64,000 nucleotides of DNA, taken from positions 199,863-263,862 of the forward strand of contig JAVYPJ010000001.1 of NCBI GenBank assembly GCA_038733315.1, written 5' to 3'. The notes beneath the pieces are model-generated. The model was not told the DNA's origin. It made no database searches and saw nothing but the letters and a program-made list of their open reading frames with translations. This DNA comes from Candidatus Aenigmatarchaeota archaeon. GTDB taxonomy: Archaea; Aenigmatarchaeota; Aenigmatarchaeia; CG10238-14; SpSt-28. A program made the translations under genes and the position numbers. Shown here one piece after another: positions 1-9,916 of this stretch (positions within the stretch are counted from its first letter, which is position 1; every line of letters begins with the position of its first letter).

Positions 1-103
1 AGCTAATGACTTTTGGCAAAATTTTTTCTCTCAATTGATTTTTTTGTTCTTCGGTTTTTATTTCTAATTCTTCTAATTCTTTTTCTAACTCTTTCAATTC
101 CAT
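1..103 (-). CDS. Partial hypothetical protein (5' end; runs off window start)
   Basis: ATG at 103 on the minus strand, open to position 1: MELKELEKELEELEIKTEEQKNQLREKILPKVIS. Confidence 0.55.
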   Translation of the reverse strand, partial: MELKELEKELEELEIKTEEQKNQLREKILPKVIS

Positions 104-130
104 AAAATAATTAAAAAGTGATAGTAATAT

Positions 131-382
131 ATGACAGTTAGTAAAGATTTGATAATAGAAAAATTAAAAGAAATTATCGATCCTGAATTAGGTTGTGATA
201 TAATATCGATGGGAATGATAAGTAAAATGAGGATTAAAGGTAATAAAGCATATATAAAAATAGTTCCTACATCCCCTTTTTGTCCTTTTATACATTTTTT
301 TATAGAAATGATAAAAAATAAGCTAAGAGAAATTGGAATAGAGGCAGAGGTTAAAGTTGATATAGAAAAATTTTTTGATTAG
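131..382 (+). CDS. DUF59/SufT-like Fe-S cluster assembly protein
   Basis: DPELG..I..MG and PTSPFCP motifs typical of DUF59 (PaaD-like). Confidence 0.85.
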   Translation: MTVSKDLIIEKLKEIIDPELGCDIISMGMISKMRIKGNKAYIKIVPTSPFCPFIHFFIEMIKNKLREIGIEAEVKVDIEKFFD

Positions 383-1068
383 TTTTTTAAACAATTTGAA
401 AGCATCTCTATAAAACTTTCCTCTGAGGGAATTTCAGATATCTCTTTTTCTATTCTACCTCTTTTTATTATTATTTTTGGATCGCTATTCATACTAATGT
501 TAAACTTTTTAGCGAGTTCTGGGAACTGACTAACTTCTACTACAACACTTCTTAAATTTTTGTTTATAAATGCTGGTTTGTGAGATAAAAGAATTACTCG
601 ATGTGATTTTGGACATATAGATGTTGTAAGTATTAGTATATCTATTTTTCTATTTATTTCGGATATCTTTTTGATTAAAGAATTTGGAAGTATTCTTGTA
701 TTTTCAGAAATAAATTTTAATTCTTCTATGAATGTATTGAATAGAAATCCTATCGGAAATCCTAGAAAAATTATGTTTGGATGTTTTAAGAAAGTTAGTA
801 TTGGTCCTTTTTTGATTGTTTTGGATAAAAAATTATATAACTTTAAAAAATCATTACTTTTTAATTCTTTAATATCTAAATATTTAAAACAAATGTTTTT
901 ATTTAGTTTCATCATTTCTATAGAGATGGTTTCTGCGATGTAAGAGGATTCGTAGTTTTTTTCGTAGTCCAATATCATTAGTATCTCTACTTTATTCTTT
1001 ACTGTTCTTTCTAGAATTTTTTTAAATATTGTTTTTTCACTCTTTGTTAAAATGGTTGCTCTCTCCAT
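379..1068 (-). CDS. Protein disulfide oxidoreductase (PDO)-like tandem thioredoxin-fold protein, degenerate active sites
   Basis: F.G.P.G..F..FIE and TTSICPKS...VEVSQFPELAKKFNI segments; canonical CxxC motifs not intact. Confidence 0.65.
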   Translation of the reverse strand: MERATILTKSEKTIFKKILERTVKNKVEILMILDYEKNYESSYIAETISIEMMKLNKNICFKYLDIKELKSNDFLKLYNFLSKTIKKGPILTFLKHPNIIFLGFPIGFLFNTFIEELKFISENTRILPNSLIKKISEINRKIDILILTTSICPKSHRVILLSHKPAFINKNLRSVVVEVSQFPELAKKFNISMNSDPKIIIKRGRIEKEISEIPSEESFIEMLSNCLKN

Positions 1069-1102
1069 AGAATATTTAATTATTGCTTCAACCCCTATAT
1101 AT

Positions 1103-2314
1103 TTACAAATTTAGAATTGATAAAACGAAACTATAATAACCGGAATATATTAATATAGTTGGTAAAATGAGGCTACCCATTAAGTAACTTCTTTTAATGT
1201 TAGAAAAAATTGTTATTAAGGATAGAAAGAAAGAAGTCAGCAGAATTAAAACTCCTATAAGACCTGAAAAATAAAACACTATCAAAAAGATTAAAATAAA
1301 TATTGAAACATTTAGAATTTTAAAATTTATTTTTTGAAAAAACCTGAAAAGATTTTTATAAAAAAGTAAGAATAGAATGGATGAAAAGAAGGTAGAAATA
1401 GTGAAGACAGAAAGCATTAAGATAAAAATTTCATATGTAGCTTTTCCAAACGTTTGTTCCAGATAAACGCTTAATCCACTTCTTGGATTTCCTATGGTAT
1501 ACGAAGACGTCGCGGAAAAAATTTCGTTAGAAAAAGAAACTCCAGAATTTAGAAATATAAACATTCTGTCATTAAGAATTGGTTGAAAAATTAAAATTAT
1601 TTGAGATGTTCCTAAGGATGGTAACAATCCTGCAAACATTCCTAAAAACAAAGATAAGAAAATTCCTATTAATACACTCTTTTTATTTATCTTTATCTCA
1701 ACATCCTCTTTTTGGATTTTCAAAAAATTCTCCTTTTGAATTAAATTTATAAATATTTGCGACATTGCAAAAAACCCGCTGAAAATAGCTAAAACAGCTT
1801 TATTGAAATCTATTAAGTTAAACGAAATAAGACCTAAGAATCCGGATAATAAAAATATTATAAAACTTTTAGCTTTTTCCTTTTCCAAAAAGAAAATTAT
1901 ATATAACACTATTAACATTATTAGAGCTATGTAATCGCTTACTTTTAGTATTATTGATGAAATGTATTGATGTAAAAAAAGAGCGATGATTGTTGAAGTC
2001 GGAACTACTAAAATTGCAGACAGAACATAAATCCTTAGAGCTTCTAACAATAGACCTTCTTTTGCGAGTCTTTGAGAGGGCAGTGTTGAAAGAGATAATT
2101 CTTCTGGTGGAGAAGATAAAAGATAGCTAGAAATCGCATTTCCAAAATTTTGGGAAATTGCTAGGGAAACAAGAAAAGTTATTGCTATAATTTCGTTTTG
2201 GAATAAAAATAGTAGGAAAACTGGAATTAATATGTTTTGATGTAGTGCTGGTACTAAGCCACTAAAAAATCCAATTATGCTACCTAAGAAGCAAAAGAGT
2301 ATTATCTCAATCAT
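1103..2314 (-). CDS. TctA/DUF112-family membrane protein
   Basis: GFFSGLVPALHQN and LP.Q.L..EG...EAL motifs, internal repeat AGLLPSLG, polytopic hydrophobicity. Confidence 0.75.
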   Translation of the reverse strand: MIEIILFCFLGSIIGFFSGLVPALHQNILIPVFLLFLFQNEIIAITFLVSLAISQNFGNAISSYLLSSPPEELSLSTLPSQRLAKEGLLLEALRIYVLSAILVVPTSTIIALFLHQYISSIILKVSDYIALIMLIVLYIIFFLEKEKAKSFIIFLLSGFLGLISFNLIDFNKAVLAIFSGFFAMSQIFINLIQKENFLKIQKEDVEIKINKKSVLIGIFLSLFLGMFAGLLPSLGTSQIILIFQPILNDRMFIFLNSGVSFSNEIFSATSSYTIGNPRSGLSVYLEQTFGKATYEIFILMLSVFTISTFFSSILFLLFYKNLFRFFQKINFKILNVSIFILIFLIVFYFSGLIGVLILLTSFFLSLITIFSNIKRSYLMGSLILPTILIYSGYYSFVLSILNL

Positions 2315-2684
2315 TTATAATCTTTATGTTTTTTGGGTTTTGTAAAATAATTTGTAGATTTTCTCTATATACACTTAAAATTCCTATAACTTCTATTTTC
2401 GCATCTTTATATATCTTATTCTCTATAAACTTGAAGACATTAGGAAAAATTGTTATTGTAAAGTTTTTAATACCATCAGAAATTATTATATAATTAACTT
2501 TTTCTTTTTTTATTATTTCGACAACACTTCCAGATACCCTAATTTTTCTACCTAAGAAATCTTCTGATATTTTACTAGGGGTTAGCTCTATAGGGATCTG
2601 TATATAAGAAAAGTATAATAGAATCGACATACCGATTATGAATGAGAGAAGTGAAAAAAATATTATTGTTTTTTCAAAATTCAT
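2307..2684 (-). CDS. Membrane-anchored OB-fold protein
   Basis: N-terminal TM helix, then G.KIRVSG.V...I.DG...IEV.G.L..Y...LQI OB-fold pattern. Confidence 0.7.
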   Translation of the reverse strand: MNFEKTIIFFSLLSFIIGMSILLYFSYIQIPIELTPSKISEDFLGRKIRVSGSVVEIIKKEKVNYIIISDGIKNFTITIFPNVFKFIENKIYKDAKIEVIGILSVYRENLQIILQNPKNIKIIND

Positions 2685-2717
2685 AATTTTATCTTATGAT
2701 AAGAAGAATTTTTATAT

Positions 2718-2789
2718 GGGCCGGTAGCTCAGTGGAAGAGCGCTCGCTTGGCATGCGAGAGGCCGCGGGTTCAAATCCCGCCCGGTCCA
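2718..2789 (+). tRNA. tRNA-Ala(GGC)
   Basis: Cloverleaf; anticodon arm CTCGC-TTGGCAT-GCGAG; T loop GTTCAAATC; no encoded CCA. Confidence 0.97.
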
Positions 2790-2790
2790 A

Positions 2791-3201
2791 TTAGAATTTT
2801 ATAATTTCATTAATTAAGCAGGGACAAACTCTTTTTACTCCTTTTAATGATGAAATTTTTTTGTGTAGCTCATTTATCTTATTTATATCTTCAGAGATTA
2901 CTTCTATTAATATTGTATGATCTCCGCTTGAAAGATATATAGTTACTATTTCCTTAATTTTTTTTAACTCATCTAAAACTTCAATCAGTTTTTCTGGCTC
3001 TACGTCTATGCCAGTAATAGAAAAACACATGTTTGCTTTCTTGTAGTTTAAAATTGGTTTGTTTCCGAGTAATATGTTTTCTTCTTTTAGTTTTTGAATT
3101 TTTTTTCTCACGGCTACTTCAGAGACATTTAATCTTTTGGCAATTTCTTTTTTTGAAATTTTTTCTATAACTAGCATTTTTATTAAATCATTTTTTTCCA
3201 T
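2791..3201 (-). CDS. Lrp/AsnC-family transcriptional regulator
   Basis: N-terminal HTH (EIAKRLNVSEVAVRKKIQKL) and C-terminal SGDH RAM-domain motif. Confidence 0.9.
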   Translation of the reverse strand: MEKNDLIKMLVIEKISKKEIAKRLNVSEVAVRKKIQKLKEENILLGNKPILNYKKANMCFSITGIDVEPEKLIEVLDELKKIKEIVTIYLSSGDHTILIEVISEDINKINELHKKISSLKGVKRVCPCLINEIIKF

Positions 3202-3230
3202 AAAAGAATTTTGATTATAAATTTAAATAG

Positions 3231-3260
3231 TATTTTATCATAACGATAAAATATTTTATC
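3231..3260. promoter_or_regulatory. Overlapping palindromes (candidate operator) between divergent Lrp and peroxiredoxin genes
   Basis: TATTTTATC-n5-GATAAAATA (3231-3253) and perfect 16-bp GATAAAATATTTTATC (3245-3260), just upstream of TATA-like TTTATAT. Confidence 0.45.
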
Positions 3261-3300
3261 AAAAAGAAAAATATTTATATCTTTTTGTAATCATATATTT

Positions 3301-3963
3301 ATGCAACAGGAAAACTGCTTAATAAGAATTGGAGAGAAGCTGCCAGAAATGAAAGTAATGACAACAGATGGTATAAAAAACTTACCAGATGACTATAAAG
3401 GAAAATGGTTAGTATTGTTTGCACATCCAGCAGATTTTACACCTGTATGCACTACAGAGTTTGTCGCTTTTCAGAAAAGGTATGAAGAATTCAAAAAATT
3501 AAATACAGAACTTTTAGGGTTAAGTATCGATCAAGTTTTTAGTCATATAAAATGGATAGAATGGATAAAAGAAAAGATAGGATTAGAAATAAAATTTCCT
3601 ATAATAGCGGATGATTTGGGAGAGGTTTCAAAAAAACTAGGATTAATACATCCGGCAAAAGGGACCAATACGGTTAGAGCAGTTTTTATAATAGACCCAG
3701 AAGGTACTGTAAGGGTAATACTATATTATCCGCAAGAGATAGGTAGAAACATCGATGAAATATTAAGGATTATCAAAGCTTTACAAACTAGCGATAAAAA
3801 TAAAGTTGCTATTCCAGCAAATTGGCCAAACAATGAATTAATAGGGAGTAAAGTAATAATACCACCTCAAAAAACATTAGAAAATGCTAATTCAATGTTA
3901 GAAAAGATAAAGAAGAAAGAAATAGAAGGTTTTGATTGGTGGTTTGCGTTTAAAGAAGTTTAA
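3301..3963 (+). CDS. Peroxiredoxin (archaeal Prx6/ApTPx-like)
   Basis: [13 protein letters not shown] peroxidatic motif; [24 protein letters not shown]. Confidence 0.95.
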   Translation: MQQENCLIRIGEKLPEMKVMTTDGIKNLPDDYKGKWLVLFAHPADFTPVCTTEFVAFQKRYEEFKKLNTELLGLSIDQVFSHIKWIEWIKEKIGLEIKFPIIADDLGEVSKKLGLIHPAKGTNTVRAVFIIDPEGTVRVILYYPQEIGRNIDEILRIIKALQTSDKNKVAIPANWPNNELIGSKVIIPPQKTLENANSMLEKIKKKEIEGFDWWFAFKEV

Positions 3964-3971
3964 CTCTTTTT

Positions 3972-6821
3972 TTATTTTTTTATTTCTACAAAAATTTCTT
4001 CAAACTCAACACTTAATTTATCTTTATTCACATTTCCAAATTCTATTTTTGAATTTGTCTCCTTTTCAATGAATTCCATATTTTTTTCTATTAATTTCTT
4101 AGTCTCTTCATTTTTTACATTCAACACCAAACATATTTTTTCATCCACTTTTAGATTCTCTTTTTTTCTCAATTCTTGAATAGCTCTGGTAATTTCTCTT
4201 AGCAATCCAATCTCTTTTAGTTTTCTATCAATTTCTTTATTTAGATAAATAATATACTCATCAGCTTCAACCTTTTCATATATCTCTTTTTCTTCTATTC
4301 TCTCAGAAAAAACAATTTTTTGAACGTTGGTCAAAAGTAATATAATTCTTTTTACTTTCTTTACTTTTTTTATTTCTTCTTTCTTTGGAATTATTATAAC
4401 TTCTTTCAGTGGCTGTCTAATTTTTATTTTTGCTTTGTTTCTAGCCTCTAAAATATCTTGTGAAATCTTTTTAGCGATTTCTACTAAGTTTTCTAGTTCA
4501 TTATTAATTAGAGATTTTTTTGGTTTTGGAAAGTCTTCTAGATGAATACTTTCTGAATTCTTTATTAAGCCTATTTCTTGGTAGAAATGTTCAGATAAAA
4601 ACGGAGTTATAGGAGCTAGAAGTTTTAGCGATTTTTCAGCGGTTTCTAATAAAGTATACATAGCACCTTCTTTATCTTTACCTTCGTAATTAATCCAAAC
4701 CCTATCTCTTATTAATTTAATGTAAAATCTAGATACTTCTTCAACTAGAAAATCAATTAGTTTTTTATTTAGTGTAAAGAGTTTATCTAATTTATAGTTT
4801 TTTAAAGCTTCGTTATATTGAAGAATTAGATTATTTAGTTTTGAGAGAATATACTTATCTTCTATTTTTAAGTGTTTTTTCTCTGCCTTTTTGTTTACAT
4901 ACATTTTTACAAAACTAAGAACATTTCTTATTATGTTAATTTTTCTATTGAGCTCTTCAATTTCTTTCCAATCAAAATAATAATCTTCCCATGGAAAACC
5001 AATAAGGAAAAATGCTCTTAATACATCTCTTCCATATTTTTCAATAACCTCTTCTGGAGCTACTATATTTCCCAAACTTTTACTCATTTTTCTTCCATGT
5101 GCGTCTAAAACAAAACCATGCATTATAATTCTTTTATATGGTGCTTGATCGAAAGTCATATAGCTAGTAATGATTTGTGAATTCCACCAACCTCTAATTT
5201 GATCTGGACCTTCTATTTCTAATTGTACTGGCCAGAATTTTTTAAAGAGTTTTTTATTTTTATGTAAACCTATAGATGCCCAAGGGGCAACTCCGCTATC
5301 GAACCAAACATCTAATACATCTTTAATTCTTTCCATCTCGCTTTTACATTTTTCACATTTTAGTTTTATTTGATCAATATATGGTCTATGTAAATCTTCT
5401 ATTTTTACTCCTAATTCTTCCATGCTACCAATTACTTTAATGTTTTTACAATTTTTACATTCCCAGATTGGTAATGGAATGCCCCAGTATCTTTGTCTAG
5501 AAATAGGCCAATCGGATAAGTTTTGTAGCCAATCTTTCATTCTATACTTTACAGCTTCTGGAAACCAATTAACTTTTTCATTTTCTTCTAATAGTTTATC
5601 TCTAAACTCTGTAACTTTGAAAAACCATTGTTCTATGGTTATCATATATAGCTGGCTTTTGCATCTCCAGCATATAGGATAATCGTGTCTTATTTTTCCT
5701 TCTTTTAATAAAGCATTTCTATCTTTTAGTAATTGTATTACCATTTGATTAACCTCTTTTATTTGTTTTCCTTTGAAAATACCAAAATTAAATGTTGCAT
5801 CAATATTTACAGAGTTAATTATAGGTAAATTATATTCTTTACATACGCTATAATCTTCTTTTCCGTGTGCTGGTGCTGCATGAACTAAGCCGGTACCCTC
5901 TGTTAAACTTACAAACCTTTCACTAAGAATCACTCTATATATCTTAGACTTATCGAACTCTAATAAATCGCTAAATGGATGCTCGTATTCATGTAACTCT
6001 AATTCTTTTCCTTCAAACTCTCTTATTACTTCATATTTCTCCCAATTTAATTCGTTTGCAACTTTTTCTAATAAATCCTTAGCAATTATATAGATTTTAT
6101 CGTTAACTTTAACTTCTGCATATATTGCGCTAGGTTTAATCATTATAGCTTCATTATCTATTAATGTCCATGGTGTAGTAGTCCATATTACTAAGAATTT
6201 ATCTTGGTTTTTTAGCTTAAATGCTACATATATAGAGGGGTCTTCAACTTCTTCGTATTCTATTTCGTTATATGCCAAAACAGTTTCGCATCGAGGACAA
6301 ACATGAACAGGATAAAACCCTTTAAATAAATAACCCTTTTCAAAAGCTTTTTTGAATGTATACCATGCACCCTCTATATATTCGTTTGTTAAAGTTAAAT
6401 ATGGGTTTTCGAAGTTCATCCAAACACCTAGATTTTCGAATTGAGAGCTCATTATTCCTATAAACTGTGTTGCGAAGTTTTTAGCTTCTTTTATAAAGTT
6501 TTCTACTCCAAAAATTTCGATATCCTTTTTTGTTTTAAATCCTAATTTTTTTTCTACCTGATATTCTATTGGCAATCCATGAGTATCGTAGCCAGCTTGA
6601 TCCCAAACATTAAATCCAAACATTTTGTATATTCTAATGAAATAATCCTTTAAAATTTTATTTAGTGCAGTGCCCATATGGATATATCCAGTAGCATATG
6701 GAGGCCCATCCAAAAAATAAAATATTTTTTTGTTTTTGAGCTTTTCTTTTTGTTTTAAATATATCTTGTTTTCTTTCCAAAAATTAAGGACTTTCTCTTC
6801 TAAGTTTTTAAATTGTGACAT
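3972..6821 (-). CDS. ileS: Isoleucyl-tRNA synthetase
   Basis: DGPPYATG, HMGT (HIGH), WTTTPWTL, ISRQRYWG, KMSKS. Confidence 0.97.
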   Translation of the reverse strand: MSQFKNLEEKVLNFWKENKIYLKQKEKLKNKKIFYFLDGPPYATGYIHMGTALNKILKDYFIRIYKMFGFNVWDQAGYDTHGLPIEYQVEKKLGFKTKKDIEIFGVENFIKEAKNFATQFIGIMSSQFENLGVWMNFENPYLTLTNEYIEGAWYTFKKAFEKGYLFKGFYPVHVCPRCETVLAYNEIEYEEVEDPSIYVAFKLKNQDKFLVIWTTTPWTLIDNEAIMIKPSAIYAEVKVNDKIYIIAKDLLEKVANELNWEKYEVIREFEGKELELHEYEHPFSDLLEFDKSKIYRVILSERFVSLTEGTGLVHAAPAHGKEDYSVCKEYNLPIINSVNIDATFNFGIFKGKQIKEVNQMVIQLLKDRNALLKEGKIRHDYPICWRCKSQLYMITIEQWFFKVTEFRDKLLEENEKVNWFPEAVKYRMKDWLQNLSDWPISRQRYWGIPLPIWECKNCKNIKVIGSMEELGVKIEDLHRPYIDQIKLKCEKCKSEMERIKDVLDVWFDSGVAPWASIGLHKNKKLFKKFWPVQLEIEGPDQIRGWWNSQIITSYMTFDQAPYKRIIMHGFVLDAHGRKMSKSLGNIVAPEEVIEKYGRDVLRAFFLIGFPWEDYYFDWKEIEELNRKINIIRNVLSFVKMYVNKKAEKKHLKIEDKYILSKLNNLILQYNEALKNYKLDKLFTLNKKLIDFLVEEVSRFYIKLIRDRVWINYEGKDKEGAMYTLLETAEKSLKLLAPITPFLSEHFYQEIGLIKNSESIHLEDFPKPKKSLINNELENLVEIAKKISQDILEARNKAKIKIRQPLKEVIIIPKKEEIKKVKKVKRIILLLTNVQKIVFSERIEEKEIYEKVEADEYIIYLNKEIDRKLKEIGLLREITRAIQELRKKENLKVDEKICLVLNVKNEETKKLIEKNMEFIEKETNSKIEFGNVNKDKLSVEFEEIFVEIKK

Positions 6822-6880
6822 ATTTAATTTTTTTGCTGTTAAAAAATAAAAAGCATATTTTTAGAGCAAAAATAATATTT

Positions 6881-7153
6881 ATGGGGATGTTTGATATGTT
6901 TAAAAAGAAAGAGAAAAAAGAAGAATTTATTCTTGAGGGAATAGAAAAGCAAAGTTTTTTACCAAAACCTTCTCTTGAAGTACCTTTACCAGAAAACGTT
7001 CAAGCTAAGCAAACAACAGAAGCACCTTCTCAACAAATTGATAAAATTTCTTTAATAGAATCTAAGTTAGAAAATTTGAGAATATATTTAGAAATGATAA
7101 ATTCAAAGTTAGATAGATTAGAGGCTTTATTAAAGTCAAAAGGATTTATTTAG
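6881..7153 (+). CDS. Hypothetical protein with C-terminal coiled coil
   Basis: ORF 6815..7153; ATG at 6881 (MGMFDMFKKK) is the more plausible start. Confidence 0.6.
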   Translation: MGMFDMFKKKEKKEEFILEGIEKQSFLPKPSLEVPLPENVQAKQTTEAPSQQIDKISLIESKLENLRIYLEMINSKLDRLEALLKSKGFI

Positions 7154-7728
7154 GTTGCAATCCATTGGCATCTATTATCTACGCACAAACACTTATAATT
7201 TTTAAGATTTTCATAGCATTGTTTCCATATGCATATCGATATTTTTTCGTCCGATACGTTTCCGCAGATTTCTCCAGAGCAGCCACCGATTTTGCAATCA
7301 AAGTTTGAGTTACAATATGAATAAGTAGATATTCCACAGAATTCTTTTTCCAAAACTATTTCTTCCTTGCTATAGCTTATAAATAATATTTTTTTGTTCT
7401 TTTCGGCATTAAAAATTTTTATTATTTTATTGCATACGCATCTACAAATTTTTCCATCCTTTTCTATTTCGAGGATTTTGTAATAATCCTTTTCTTCACT
7501 AATTATTATTTCGTCGCTACAGCAATTAACTACTATATTAGCTATTATAGTGTTGTTTTTTTCGTCAAAATAATAGTAGTTTAAATATTTCCCAAAATCT
7601 TCACATTCCGAAACTTCGTATTTAATATTCTTTTTTTCTCCTATTAGCTTATCGATGGTATAAATGGAAAAAATATAAGCTAATACTAAAATTAATATTA
7701 TTAAGTACTTTAGATTTTGACTATTCAT
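7150..7728 (-). CDS. Membrane-anchored Cys-rich (eight-cysteine-cluster domain) protein
   Basis: N-terminal TM; FCG.ST...C.S..DC..GGCSGEIC...C.C....C.W. Confidence 0.75.
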   Translation of the reverse strand: MNSQNLKYLIILILVLAYIFSIYTIDKLIGEKKNIKYEVSECEDFGKYLNYYYFDEKNNTIIANIVVNCCSDEIIISEEKDYYKILEIEKDGKICRCVCNKIIKIFNAEKNKKILFISYSKEEIVLEKEFCGISTYSYCNSNFDCKIGGCSGEICGNVSDEKISICIWKQCYENLKNYKCLCVDNRCQWIAT

Positions 7729-7789
7729 AAAAAGTGTAGTATTGGTAGATTTATAAATTTTGAAATTTTTAAATATTTATTGATAAAGT

Positions 7790-9034
7790 ATGGGTTTTGC
7801 TAAAATAATAATAGGAGATAGTAGAAGGATGGTAGAATTAGAGGACAGTTCTATAGATTTAGTTGTTACTTCCCCACCATATTGGCATATTAAAGATTAT
7901 GGTGTAGAAGGACAAATAGGTTATGGTCAGTCTTTGCACGAGTACCTTAAGAGTTTATATTTAGTTTGGAAAGAATGTTTCAGAGTTTTGAAGCCCGGAT
8001 CTAGGTTATGTATAAATATAGGAGACCAATTTTTGAGAAGTATAGTCTATGGAAAATATAAAGTAGTACCGCTTCATTCTGAGTTTATAGTACAGTGTGA
8101 AAAAATAGGGTTTGATTATATGGGTTCTATAATTTGGCAAAAGAAGACAACCATGAATACTACAGGTGGGGCTAACGTTATGGGATCTTATCCTTATCCG
8201 CCGAATGGTCTTATAGAGATAGATTACGAGTTTATTCTTATTTTTAAAAAACCTGGAAAAAAGATAGCTCCTTCTGAGGAGATAAAAGAGAAATCGAAAC
8301 TTAGTAAAGAGGAGTGGAAAGAGTATTTTTCTGGACATTGGTATTTTCCTGGAGAAAGACAAATAGGCCATGAAGCTATGTTTCCGGAAGAACTGCCTAA
8401 GCGTTTAATTAAGATGTTTACCTTTATTGGCGATATAGTTTTAGATCCGTTCCTCGGAAGCGGAACCACGATTAGGGCAGCTTTAAACTTGAATAGAAAC
8501 GGCATAGGTTATGAAATAAACGAAAACTTTTTACCGATAATAAAGAAAAAAATAGGTCTAGGGGAAAGTTTACTTACCATAGATAAAAAGATAGAAATAA
8601 TTAAAAGAGAGAGGCCAATTGAAATAGAAGAGAGTATAGAATACGTTCCGAATATAAAAGACGCTAAACCTAAGGTCAATCCAAAACTATTTAGATTTGA
8701 AAATGATAGATTGTACAAGGTCACAAAAATTTTAAGTGAAGATACAATAGAGTTAGATACCGGATTAATAGTGAAACTATTAGGTTTAAAAATATTAAGG
8801 AAGGAAGAGGCTAGAAGCTATCTTGAGAATTTTGTAAAAGGAAAGTATGTTTTTCTCAAGTTCGATCCTTTATATAAACCAGATGATAAAACTGTACAGG
8901 CATATGTTTTTCTGAAAAATAAAATTTTTATAAATAAAGAAATGATTAAAAAAGGGTTAGCTAAGGTGGAAGACCGTAATTTTTTATATAAGGAAAAGTT
9001 TTTGAGTATAATTCAAAATAGTAAAAATGGGTAA
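7790..9034 (+). CDS. Beta-class N4-C/N6-A DNA methyltransferase with C-terminal thermonuclease-like domain
   Basis: VTSPPY precedes DPFLGSGTT; H.A.FP; C-terminal V.KI...DTI.L...AYVFL....IN..MIK.GLA. Confidence 0.9.
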   Translation: MGFAKIIIGDSRRMVELEDSSIDLVVTSPPYWHIKDYGVEGQIGYGQSLHEYLKSLYLVWKECFRVLKPGSRLCINIGDQFLRSIVYGKYKVVPLHSEFIVQCEKIGFDYMGSIIWQKKTTMNTTGGANVMGSYPYPPNGLIEIDYEFILIFKKPGKKIAPSEEIKEKSKLSKEEWKEYFSGHWYFPGERQIGHEAMFPEELPKRLIKMFTFIGDIVLDPFLGSGTTIRAALNLNRNGIGYEINENFLPIIKKKIGLGESLLTIDKKIEIIKRERPIEIEESIEYVPNIKDAKPKVNPKLFRFENDRLYKVTKILSEDTIELDTGLIVKLLGLKILRKEEARSYLENFVKGKYVFLKFDPLYKPDDKTVQAYVFLKNKIFINKEMIKKGLAKVEDRNFLYKEKFLSIIQNSKNG

Positions 9035-9698
9035 AGAATGGATATTGAATATAGCGAATAGTAGGTGGGGATTAACTAAGAAAAATAAGGTAGGTCCTGT
9101 TGCTGCTTGGATAAGAGAGTGCAGCCCAAAAGACATTTCTGAGTGGGAAAGATTCTATTTAGAAAAGTTAGAACAGTTTTTAAAAAATAAAGGCATTAGT
9201 TTAAAGCCAGAAGAATATTTACAAACCCTGGGGAAAACACTCTATACAAAGATAAGCGAAGTAATGATGGTAGAAATATCTAATGTTAGTGAAGATGATT
9301 GTATTGATTATATAAGAAACCTAGTAATTAACAGGACATACGAGGGTTATTTAACTGAAAAAGAAACAGTATATGAACAGCTCAAGGAAAAATTGGGAGT
9401 AGAAATTGTACCAGCTTCTGACGAAATAGATAGGTTGTATAATGTTGATTTTTTGATAAAAGTTAAAGAAAAGTTGATAGGACTACAAATAAAACCAGTT
9501 ACGTTTGAGCATGCGCCGGAGTATGCTATTAAATGGAGAGAAGTATATAAAAGTTCACACGAGAAATTTACTAAGAGGTTTGGTGGAAGAGTTTTTATGA
9601 TATTATCAGTTAAGAAGGGTAATAGAAAGGTTATCTATAATCAGGATGTAATAGAGGAGATAAGGAAAGAAATTAAGAGACTAAGTTCAAGCGGATAA
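9027..9698 (+). CDS. MjaI-family type II restriction endonuclease
   Basis: Overlaps MTase stop; VGPV...IREC....I.EWE..Y; D..YNVD and GLQIKP PD-(D/E)xK-like core. Confidence 0.8.
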   Translation: MGKEWILNIANSRWGLTKKNKVGPVAAWIRECSPKDISEWERFYLEKLEQFLKNKGISLKPEEYLQTLGKTLYTKISEVMMVEISNVSEDDCIDYIRNLVINRTYEGYLTEKETVYEQLKEKLGVEIVPASDEIDRLYNVDFLIKVKEKLIGLQIKPVTFEHAPEYAIKWREVYKSSHEKFTKRFGGRVFMILSVKKGNRKVIYNQDVIEEIRKEIKRLSSSG

Positions 9699-9745
9699 AT
9701 AATTTTTAAGACTTAATGATAGGACGGTTTTTTATTGAATTCGAA

Positions 9746-9818
9746 TGGGGTCGCTGGGATTTGAACCCAGGTTACTGGCGCCCGAGGCCAGCGTCCTGCC
9801 AAGCTAGACTACGACCCC
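9746..9818 (-). tRNA. tRNA-Pro(CGG)
   Basis: Reverse-complement cloverleaf GGGGTCG...CTGGC-CTCGGGC-GCCAG...CGACCCCA. Confidence 0.96.
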
Positions 9819-9849
9819 ATTTTTAATTTTCTCCATAAAAAGTAAAATT

Positions 9850-9898
9850 ATGATGAAGCCGGTATTATCTGATTAATGATGAAGAAGGTTTCGCCTGA
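9850..9898 (+). ncRNA. Box C/D guide sRNA
   Basis: C ATGATGA 9850-56, D' CTGA 9869-72, C' ATGATGA 9876-82, D CTGA 9895-98; two 12-nt guides complementary to conserved archaeal 16S motifs. Confidence 0.92.
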
Positions 9899-9916
9899 TA
9901 GTTTTTTGTCACATCT

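Noticed and set aside
9027..9698. Assigning CTAG specificity from MjaI similarity
   Set aside because: Family membership does not fix specificity, and CTAG is common in the window.
7790..9818. Integrated element at tRNA-Pro carrying the RM genes
   Set aside because: No integrase and no duplicated tRNA 3' end seen; not called as a mobile element.
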